IMG/VR virus record: IMGVR_UViG_3300032132_000004 | Span: 9,034-73,033 of that record | DNA from: a virus | Length of the DNA stretch: 64,000 nucleotides | Direction: 5' to 3' (one strand) | In this document: positions 1 through 7,150 of the stretch, piece by piece | Position numbering within the stretch: the stretch's first letter is position 1 | Layout: each line of letters starts with the position of its first letter | Notes under the pieces: model-generated | Databases searched by the model: none | The model's input: the letters and a program-made list of their open reading frames with translations, nothing else | What the model was told of the DNA's origin: nothing | Made by a program: the position numbers and the translations under genes

Positions 1-1278
1 TCCTCCTGATAAGGACACGAAGGGAATAACATTCTTACGGTGAGTGACCGTCTCCTTAAGTTGTTCGTCAAACTCAATGATGAACTTGCCTTGAGAGAGG
101 TGGGCTAGGTAGAAGTTCACCTTGGAGTTGAAATATGAGAGCACGTTCTTGATAATATACTTGACGATACCCTGCTCAGAGAATGCCTTCTCCCAGAACC
201 TCATGATCTCGTACTTACTGTTGAACTCTTGCTTGATGTCATGAGCTTCTTGGATCCTAACAAGAGTCTCCTCTTTAAGCTCAAGAAAGGTTGCCTCTTG
301 GGACTTGAGAGTTTTGTACTCCTGTAGTTTAGAGAACTCAAGGGAGGATATAGGAACCTCAGGAGTATAGGCCTCTAGTAACCTATGCTGTTCTCCTAGT
401 TCTTGAAGCGTAGCTTCGCTTTCCTGCTTCTTACGAGCGTAGTCTTCCTTAGATAATCCCTTTACCTTTGAACCGCATTTACTACACTTGTGAGAATTCA
501 TAGTTAGCTCTCGTAGTATAGAATCCTCCTGCCTAATAAGAGTATTAGACATTGCGATTCGGGAAATATGTAGCTCTACTTCTTTTTCCTGCACTAGGAT
601 ATCACCCAAGGATAGGTCGAGAGTTCCTTCGAACGATGTATCCTCTGCCTTGTCCATCTTGCTCAGCTTGTTATCAAACTCTTTTATACTCTTCTCATGC
701 TCTGCAATGATAGCATCCTGGCTCCTGATCTTTTGTGAGTACTCAGACTTCAGACGCTTAACGGATTCTCTGAGGGAGAATAACTCCTCCAAGTTCAGGA
801 AATTCTTAATGATGGTGCGTTTATCATCAGGAGTAGCAGTGATGAACTCCATGTTGTTTTGCTGTCCGAACACAGAAGAGGCTAGGAACACCTTATAGTT
901 AGTGTGTAGTGTCTCCTCGATGAATGCTTGGGTGTTCCTTACGGAGTCTCTTGTTATCTCCTTGTCTCCCTTGAAGAACTTAAGGAACCCAGGCTTCTTA
1001 CTCCTATGGATGACATACTCGTCGTTAACCGTGAGCTTTACACTACAGTCCTTTCCTGCAAGGTTGTTGATGATATCATCGTTGGAAGACTTACGAATAG
1101 TACTACCGAATAGGCACCATGTTACTGCTTCAATGAGGGCACTTTTGCCTGACCCATTGGACCCCTTGGTATCTTTATTCTTCCCCTCTAGTAGGACTAA
1201 ACCAGAGTACGAATCAAAGTCTACCTTAACGTCCTTAAGGGAATAGAAGTTAGTTATTTCTGTCTTGTTGATGTTCAT
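1..1278 (-). CDS. gp46: Rad50/SbcC-like recombination ATPase (T4 gp46-like), 3' end runs off the window
   Basis: Not in the ORF track. Manual translation from ATG at 1278 gives MNINKTEITNFYSLKDVKVDF...EGKNKDTKGSNGSGKSALIEAVTWCLFG (Walker A). A CSKC zinc hook occurs near 475-490. Overlaps the end of the Mre11-like gene. Confidence 0.92.
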   Translation of the reverse strand, partial: MNINKTEITNFYSLKDVKVDFDSYSGLVLLEGKNKDTKGSNGSGKSALIEAVTWCLFGSTIRKSSNDDIINNLAGKDCSVKLTVNDEYVIHRSKKPGFLKFFKGDKEITRDSVRNTQAFIEETLHTNYKVFLASSVFGQQNNMEFITATPDDKRTIIKNFLNLEELFSLRESVKRLKSEYSQKIRSQDAIIAEHEKSIKEFDNKLSKMDKAEDTSFEGTLDLSLGDILVQEKEVELHISRIAMSNTLIRQEDSILRELTMNSHKCSKCGSKVKGLSKEDYARKKQESEATLQELGEQHRLLEAYTPEVPISSLEFSKLQEYKTLKSQEATFLELKEETLVRIQEAHDIKQEFNSKYEIMRFWEKAFSEQGIVKYIIKNVLSYFNSKVNFYLAHLSQGKFIIEFDEQLKETVTHRKNVIPFVSLSGG

Positions 1279-2296
1279 GAATTAGTTTCAATCCGCCAAG
1301 AAGTTCGTCCTTATTTATCTTTGCGTTGCTCTGGTTGATGTAGTGATCAAACAACTCGTCGTTAATAGCGGTAGTAAATACCCTATCGTCCGTCTCAAAC
1401 TCATCCCTCTCGTCTAGTAGGGGTTTGTATCTAACCTGTACGAAGGGAGCAGTAATCTTATCACACAAAGCAGCAATGTCCTCTTGGTCCTCACTAACAG
1501 TATTGATATTGATTCTCAGTAGAGTGTAGCCATACTCTCCATCATCATTGATGAAGTCTAGGTTATCCTCTACATCCTCATAATCCATTACGATATGTCT
1601 TGGTCCCCACGTTGACGGGATTTTTTTAAGGTTGAAAGAGCCTGTGCTGCTGCTGGTAGATCTGGGATATTCATCATCAAGGATACCATAGTAGCAGTCT
1701 TTGCTTCGGTCCCCGAAGTTGATAGTGTAGGGCGTTCCGAGGACGGAGACGTTTCCGTTAGTGCCTTCTTTATGAATGTGTCCCAGGATAGTAGGGTTTT
1801 TAAAATCAGATAAGGCAAGACCAAAATCAGCGTCCCCGGCAGAATTAAGAACACCGTGATAACCAAAGTGACCGAAAACAGTATACCCCTCAGGGACATT
1901 AGCAAGAGCTTCTTTAATGATTTGTTCATCTTCATAGTGTGGAATGAATACCATTCTCCTTTTGTGATCTGTGTATGTGTGAGTAATTATGTTTGTACTC
2001 CACCGCTCATTCTCAAACAAACTTAAGGCAGTAACACCATCATCTGCCTTGCTAACGCTATCATGGTTGCCTCTAAGCACAAACACATGCTTGTGTTGTA
2101 TAGTATCAAACACTTCTTTCAAAGCTAAGAGTACTGCTGGGCGAGGATGTCTGTGCATCATTAGGTCGCCAAGGAATACAATAGTATCACAATGATCAGC
2201 TTCTTCGCAAATCTTTAGGACAGCATTCTTCTGAGCTTCTAGAAGACCAGGGGGCTTATCGACAAAATGCAAATCGCCTATTATGAGTGTTGACAT
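1250..2296 (-). CDS. gp47: Mre11/SbcD-like metallophosphoesterase nuclease (T4 gp47-like)
   Basis: Motifs GDLH, FLGD, RGNHD, GHF and GHIH; adjacent to the Rad50-like gene. Confidence 0.92.
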   Translation of the reverse strand: MSTLIIGDLHFVDKPPGLLEAQKNAVLKICEEADHCDTIVFLGDLMMHRHPRPAVLLALKEVFDTIQHKHVFVLRGNHDSVSKADDGVTALSLFENERWSTNIITHTYTDHKRRMVFIPHYEDEQIIKEALANVPEGYTVFGHFGYHGVLNSAGDADFGLALSDFKNPTILGHIHKEGTNGNVSVLGTPYTINFGDRSKDCYYGILDDEYPRSTSSSTGSFNLKKIPSTWGPRHIVMDYEDVEDNLDFINDDGEYGYTLLRININTVSEDQEDIAALCDKITAPFVQVRYKPLLDERDEFETDDRVFTTAINDELFDHYINQSNAKINKDELLGGLKLIHEHQQDRNN

Positions 2297-2952
2297 AAAG
2301 CTTTCCAGCTAACAGGGAATAGTTCTTCCATAATCTTACCTATAGCTTTAGCATACTCCTGGGTTTCAAGCTGAGTGTGAGGGTCTGTTCTTTGTGTGAA
2401 CATATGGTGCCAACCTAGTAGTGTTCCCGTTGTAACTGTTGTGGTGTACATAGATTGGGGCAGGACCATACGAGCTTGCTCTGGGCAAACCCCCATCTCT
2501 AATAAATTTGAATACTCTTGCAAAGCATATTTGTTTGCTATACCAACGCGAACTCTAGCATTGGTATTCCCTCCCTTTGGTTCTTCATTAATAGATCCCT
2601 GTTTCACATTATTTGGTCTAGCTCTAAACTTCCAAGGAATATAAAACTCAGGCTCTGATTTAATGTACCTACGAGATACCTCACTCCAACTGAACCCCAC
2701 TTGATGCTTGCCTATCTGTCTTAGTACGAACAGAGGAGCGACGATTCTAATAGTAGCACTAGGATGACGGAAGGGAAGTAAATGCTTATGCTTTGCCAAG
2801 TAATTAATAAGCTTTGCATCTTTGTCATTCTCAAATATCTCATGTGCTTTATCAAAGGAACACCTAGCAGCATTTACTACAAGTAGATCACCTTTACAGG
2901 TGCTACTTATTAACTCCACTGATCCCCTGTCTAGTACTTTAATATTTACCAA
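2281..2952 (-). CDS. thyX: Flavin-dependent thymidylate synthase ThyX
   Basis: VVNAARCS, H..PF.H, KHQVGFSWSEVSRRY (ThyX RH-x7-S-like motif), EQARMVLP and R...HTQLE. Confidence 0.95.
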   Translation of the reverse strand: MVNIKVLDRGSVELISSTCKGDLLVVNAARCSFDKAHEIFENDKDAKLINYLAKHKHLLPFRHPSATIRIVAPLFVLRQIGKHQVGFSWSEVSRRYIKSEPEFYIPWKFRARPNNVKQGSINEEPKGGNTNARVRVGIANKYALQEYSNLLEMGVCPEQARMVLPQSMYTTTVTTGTLLGWHHMFTQRTDPHTQLETQEYAKAIGKIMEELFPVSWKALCQHS

Positions 2953-4013
2953 GCTGTCACTTCCTTACAGTTACCAAAATTGGTACCTACTTCGATGTCG
3001 ATGTCCAAGGGAATGTCGAAGTGGATGTTGAAGATCTCTTTCACAAGAGGGTAGTGTACCATTTCATGATAGATGATGTCGAGCATTTGTTTCTCCTCTT
3101 CTTTGGGACAAACTGCTTCGATGCTGTCATGCACCGTAGCGACTGCGTATCCTTGCAGCCCTTCCTCCTCGATTCGTCTATCAATACCAAGTAGAACGGT
3201 CATTAGGATATCAGACGCAGGACTTTGGATGGTGAAGTTCAACCCTTGTCTCAGGGATCTGTTAACTACCTTGAAGTCTCTACTGCATACGTTGGGAAGG
3301 TTCCTTGTGCGACCGAAAATAGAGTAGGCGTATCCGTTCTCTTTGATATAATTATTTACGAACTCCATGTAAGAGAAGATGCCTGGGTAGACGTTCTCGT
3401 AATCCGCGATAATCTTTTTAGCTCTGGGTAGAGAGATCCCCATAGTCTCACTAAGGTTGAACGCTCCTCCTCCGTACACGATCAAGAAGGATACTGTCTT
3501 GGCGATCTGTCTCTCTGTCTTTGTGATCTCCTTCTTGTTGAACAGGAGCTTACCAGTATATGTGTGGAGGTCAGCACCTTGGTTGAAGGCAAGCTGCATG
3601 TTACCCTCCTTCGCAATGTGTGCTAGGATTCTAAGCTCCATAGCCTTGTAGTCGGCAGCAATAAAAGACCAATTTCCAGGGGCTTTATACAGGCTACGAA
3701 TGTTATTCTCTTTCTCCCTGGGTAGAGTGTGAAAAGAAACACCCATAGCTTCCTTAGCTTTGTAAGAAGCACAGGACAGTCGCCCAGTAGCAGTACCGTC
3801 GAAGTTATATACCATGTACACCTTATTGTGTCCGTTGTATGCAATAGCCTTCTTTGTACCAGTGATATAAGTTTTGGTTAGCTTCTCAGACTTACGAAGA
3901 TCCAACAAGCCTTGCAGGAACTTCTTTGTGTTGCGTAGATCATCCGTACTCTTACCAGCTAGGACTTCCTTACTGATTCTCTTTCCTTCGTCTCTGTATT
4001 TCCAGTTAACCAC
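2946..4013 (-). CDS. polA: Family A DNA polymerase, C-terminal subunit (thumb end, palm, fingers)
   Basis: TATGRLS, motif A ADYKAMELRILAH, motif B RQIAKTVSFLIVYGG, NFTIQS, motif C TVHDSI. GTG start with GAGGAG 10 nt upstream. Confidence 0.95.
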   Translation of the reverse strand: MVNWKYRDEGKRISKEVLAGKSTDDLRNTKKFLQGLLDLRKSEKLTKTYITGTKKAIAYNGHNKVYMVYNFDGTATGRLSCASYKAKEAMGVSFHTLPREKENNIRSLYKAPGNWSFIAADYKAMELRILAHIAKEGNMQLAFNQGADLHTYTGKLLFNKKEITKTERQIAKTVSFLIVYGGGAFNLSETMGISLPRAKKIIADYENVYPGIFSYMEFVNNYIKENGYAYSIFGRTRNLPNVCSRDFKVVNRSLRQGLNFTIQSPASDILMTVLLGIDRRIEEEGLQGYAVATVHDSIEAVCPKEEEKQMLDIIYHEMVHYPLVKEIFNIHFDIPLDIDIEVGTNFGNCKEVTAW

Positions 4014-4482
4014 GTTTCTCTAGCTCCTCATTAGTTTGTTCCAGAAGGATCTTCAAAGTGGGGGCAGACACTGAGGGCTTTCCTTTAGTTGTCCTGTCGG
4101 GAGGATACAACTCCAAACCTCCTTCTCTGGTGTACAGGATATCCATAAGGTCACCACCTGAAAGGTTATCTGTTTTTAACACACCATCGCACTCATAAAG
4201 AAGGTCTTCATCTTCAATATTCTTAGTCTTCAAATGCCTACCCACAGAGTCTAGGTTCTCCGTAGCAACATCCAAGCCTACGAACTCCTTCTGTGCGAAG
4301 GTATTAAGGGAAGGCATAAGGACATGCTCAATGAGCTTCATAACAGGTTTGCCCTCAAGCTTCTCCATTACCAGATCAAACAGCTTGAGTGTGAAGTATG
4401 TGTCGAAGGCATTTCCTTCTGCACAATCAGACAGGGACATCTCATCCCATTTGAAAGTTTTAGGATTAGAAATCGTAAGCAT
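4006..4482 (-). CDS. Family A DNA polymerase, middle subunit (ExoIII helix plus first half of thumb)
   Basis: AEGNAFDTYFTLKL aligns with the ExoIII YAAED..T..L helix. E..LMP.L.....E..G, NLSG.DL..ILY and TTKGKPSV match the PolA thumb. Confidence 0.85.
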   Translation of the reverse strand: MLTISNPKTFKWDEMSLSDCAEGNAFDTYFTLKLFDLVMEKLEGKPVMKLIEHVLMPSLNTFAQKEFVGLDVATENLDSVGRHLKTKNIEDEDLLYECDGVLKTDNLSGGDLMDILYTREGGLELYPPDRTTKGKPSVSAPTLKILLEQTNEELEKRG

Positions 4483-5510
4483 TAAAGACTCTCCAACTCT
4501 CCAGCAAAGTATAGTTTAACAAGATCCATCAGGCTTCCAGGCATGTTCTCATCTAATTGATGGTGCATAACCTTAGTGTCCCAAGGGTTGGTTACTTTGA
4601 TTCCGTAGTTCAGAAGGAACTTCAGGTCAAACTTAGCGTTGTGAAATACTTTCCTTGCAGGACTCCTCATAATAATCCTAAGGAAATCTCTTAGACTAAG
4701 CCACTTAGAATTTAATACCTCCCCCTTTTTAAAAGGACTATCTTTGTGGTCAACAGGAATAACCCATGTCTCTTCTCTGCATGAGATAGAGATGGTCATG
4801 ATCTTATCCGTAAGGAAGTTCAGTCCTGTAGTCTCAAGGTCTACAGCGAGGTCATCAGTGTAGTTTTGAAGCTTCTCAGCAAGAGCAGAAACCTCCTCCA
4901 AATTCATCAACACAGAGTAGTTAAAGTTACCCTCGGTCTTCTTGCCTAGGATATACTTCTCGTAGGCATTCTGAATGTCTCTCTGGAAGAGAGGAAGGTG
5001 AGCAGGCTCTTTGATACAAGCATAAGGATGGAAGAGCGGAACTACAGTGCAGGTATTCCCATTTTCAGTTGTGTATTGGTAGGCCTTACCTCGCTTACTT
5101 GTAATTCCACTCTTTTTGATCAACATTTTCATAGCCATGTTACCACAGGGGAACACTAGCTTAGGCTTCACCTTATCTATAGTAGCCTCTAGGTGTACCC
5201 GACAGATCTTCATATCGTTAGAGGTCATGTCTGCCTCTCTAACGTCAGGGCACTTGACAGAGGCTGCTGTTACGAAGTCCTCTGAATAACTCTCCTTGAT
5301 GAGCTTGAGGGACTGGGGCATAAAAGCTACGGTCGAACCATGCTTGTAACTTAGAGAATCAGATAGGAATAGGACAGGAGACTCCCTAAGTTCTTCGTAA
5401 TCCATGTGAGAATGGCACGGTTTGTTTTTACTTAGGATGGTACAGCCTTCGCAGAGAGGGTTATCCCCCTGCATCTTACTGTCACTATATAAATTGTTAA
5501 GATCAAACAT
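4482..5510 (-). CDS. Family A DNA polymerase, N-terminal subunit: UDG family-4-like Fe-S domain plus 3'-5' exonuclease ExoI/ExoII
   Basis: CEGC...VKCP...IC...KPKLV...G..A...PLFHP (UDG-4 fold), then AVDLETTGL (ExoI), FHNAKFD (ExoII) and WDT. Confidence 0.88.
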   Translation of the reverse strand: MFDLNNLYSDSKMQGDNPLCEGCTILSKNKPCHSHMDYEELRESPVLFLSDSLSYKHGSTVAFMPQSLKLIKESYSEDFVTAASVKCPDVREADMTSNDMKICRVHLEATIDKVKPKLVFPCGNMAMKMLIKKSGITSKRGKAYQYTTENGNTCTVVPLFHPYACIKEPAHLPLFQRDIQNAYEKYILGKKTEGNFNYSVLMNLEEVSALAEKLQNYTDDLAVDLETTGLNFLTDKIMTISISCREETWVIPVDHKDSPFKKGEVLNSKWLSLRDFLRIIMRSPARKVFHNAKFDLKFLLNYGIKVTNPWDTKVMHHQLDENMPGSLMDLVKLYFAGELESL

Positions 5511-5524
5511 GGCTATAATATGGT
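5511..5524. promoter_or_regulatory. 14-bp divergent spacer with overlapping -10-like boxes
   Basis: TATAAT at 5514-5519, 5 nt before ATG 5525; TATTAT on the minus strand, 4 nt before ATG 5510. No room for a Shine-Dalgarno site in the spacer. Confidence 0.6.
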
Positions 5525-5866
5525 ATGAAGAACCACTACATCGACAACGATAGGTTTGAGGAGATCATCCTATCATACCAACGGGACCCAGAAACTTACG
5601 AGGAAGATCTAGTATCTTTATTCGATGTGCTTATTACCAACATCATAGAATCTTTTAAGTTCAAGGTAGACTCGGGAGACGCCAAGCAGGAATGCTTCAT
5701 TCTGGTTCTTAAGACAGTTAAGAATTTCAAACCTAGAAAGGGCACAGCCTTCAACTACTTCACCACTATCATTATTAATAACTTGAAGCTTCTCTACACT
5801 AGAGAGAAGAAGTACAACAAGAAGATAGAGAACTACATTGAAAGAAAGAAGGATGATTTTATTTAA
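5525..5866 (+). CDS. gp55: Minimal T4 gp55-like late-transcription sigma factor
   Basis: N-terminal NHYIDN (compare gp55 NYVNN), DAKQEC, and NFKP...AFNYFTTII (compare NPFAYFT); sigma region 2 only. Confidence 0.75.
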   Translation: MKNHYIDNDRFEEIILSYQRDPETYEEDLVSLFDVLITNIIESFKFKVDSGDAKQECFILVLKTVKNFKPRKGTAFNYFTTIIINNLKLLYTREKKYNKKIENYIERKKDDFI

Positions 5867-6194
5867 GGCCCAGCTTATCTATCACTAAGGATAGGTAATC
5901 AAGAGACTGTACTTTATTGTTGGTTACTCGTACCAAGTGGGGAAGCTTTGTGGTATTGTAAATAACAAAGCTGTGAGGCATGTGGTAACTATCCACAATG
6001 TAAAGAGGTTGCAGCATATCAGACTCAGAACAAAGCGCACCCTCGTACTGCTCCTTAAGCTGGTCGATCAGCTTATTACAGTACTCATCCCACAAGGATA
6101 CAAAGAGTACTGTAAAAGGCTTCCTATTAGCCTTGTTAGATTTTATGATCTTGTTCAGATCATTTTCCTTCTTAAGGAAGTGTAATTTGTACAT
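5859..6194 (-). CDS. Thioredoxin-fold protein lacking CxxC (WDEYC)
   Basis: FTVLFVSLWDEYCNKL resembles F.A.WCxxC; LYIVD and YNTTKLPHLV resemble the cis-Pro segment. Confidence 0.6.
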   Translation of the reverse strand: MYKLHFLKKENDLNKIIKSNKANRKPFTVLFVSLWDEYCNKLIDQLKEQYEGALCSESDMLQPLYIVDSYHMPHSFVIYNTTKLPHLVRVTNNKVQSLDYLSLVIDKLGLK

Positions 6195-6195
6195 T

Positions 6196-6606
6196 CTAAG
6201 CTTCGTGTTTAGAGATGTCTTCGGATGTAATAACGCTTTCTTCTATAATAGGAGCACCAGACAGTTCTGATTCAATCAGATTTGTGTCTGCGAGTTTAAC
6301 GTTTCCGTCCTCGTCCTCAATAACAGTGATACCTGAGGCAGCAAGCTCTTCCTTGTTTTCAGAAGCGTACTTCTGCATCAAGCCTGCAAGCTGCTGGTTC
6401 ATGGCTTCAATGCCAGTAACAAAAACAACTCTAATGAACTCTTCTGAGGAAGTTCCCTCGGGCTTTACTACAGCCTCAAAGTTCTTAAAAGAGGTTGCCT
6501 CGTCCTTCGATAGTTTAATTGATAATTTCATACGTCCCTTACTCCGTTCATCTGATCTAATTTTCCAAGTACTTACGTCTAGTTTAATTGAGTTCTCGGG
6601 TTCCAT
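6196..6606 (-). CDS. Hypothetical protein, possible ribbon-helix-helix DNA-binding domain with acidic tail
   Basis: MKLSIKLSKDEA..F........TSSEEFIRVV fits the RHH alternating-strand, helix, S-x-x-E-F-I-R pattern. Confidence 0.5.
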   Translation of the reverse strand: MEPENSIKLDVSTWKIRSDERSKGRMKLSIKLSKDEATSFKNFEAVVKPEGTSSEEFIRVVFVTGIEAMNQQLAGLMQKYASENKEELAASGITVIEDEDGNVKLADTNLIESELSGAPIIEESVITSEDISKHEA

Positions 6607-6622
6607 CTTGCTATTATAGTAT
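6607..6622. promoter_or_regulatory. 16-bp divergent spacer with quasi-palindromic CTATTATAG carrying two -10-like boxes
   Basis: TATTAT at 6612-6617, 5 nt before ATG 6623; TATAAT on the minus strand at 6618-6613, 6 nt before ATG 6606. Confidence 0.65.
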
Positions 6623-7150
6623 ATGTCTACAGAAATTAATGATGATTATGATATTTCTTCACTAAAGAAGAAAAAGAAAAAGAATAGTAGAGCCAAGGGC
6701 AGCACCTTTGAAAGGGATATTGCTAAGCTACTTAATAAAAGATTCAATACATCCACCTTTGCAAGAACACCTGGGTCAGGAGCCTTTGCTTCTACCCATA
6801 CCTTACCAGAGCACCTACAAATCCATGGAGATCTAATCACTCCTGCTAACTTCAAGTATTGTCTAGAGTGTAAGAAGGGGTACAACAAAGAGAGCCTATA
6901 CAGTCTATTCAATTATAGCTCAGACACATGGAAGTTCATTGAGCAAGCTGGGAAAGATGCGAAGAGAGCAGGAAAAGTACCCATGGTAATATTTAAACAA
7001 GATAGACGAGAAATATTAGCAATCGTGCCCTCTTATATTATATACTTAAATAACTTAAAGAGTATAGAGATACAAAAAGAAGACAGTAAGTATAGAATAT
7101 ACCTTCTAAAGGATCTACTTAAAGAGGAAGACTATGCTTGGATTGATTGA
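6623..7150 (+). CDS. Holliday junction resolvase (Hjc/T5 D14-like PD-(D/E)xK nuclease)
   Basis: NSRAKGSTFERDIA...RTPGSGA...GDL...LECKK...W..QA..DA...PMVIFKQDR. Confidence 0.85.
   Translation: MSTEINDDYDISSLKKKKKKNSRAKGSTFERDIAKLLNKRFNTSTFARTPGSGAFASTHTLPEHLQIHGDLITPANFKYCLECKKGYNKESLYSLFNYSSDTWKFIEQAGKDAKRAGKVPMVIFKQDRREILAIVPSYIIYLNNLKSIEIQKEDSKYRIYLLKDLLKEEDYAWID

Noticed and set aside
650-1246. Plus-strand ORFs 650-898, 902-1246 and 928-1113
   Set aside because: Antisense shadows of the minus-strand gp46-like gene, which the track missed because it runs off the window.
2946-5510. Intein, group I intron or pseudogene explanation for the fragmented PolA
   Set aside because: The ORFs overlap with no intervening DNA, no intein termini or homing endonuclease are present, and polymerase motifs A, B and C are intact.
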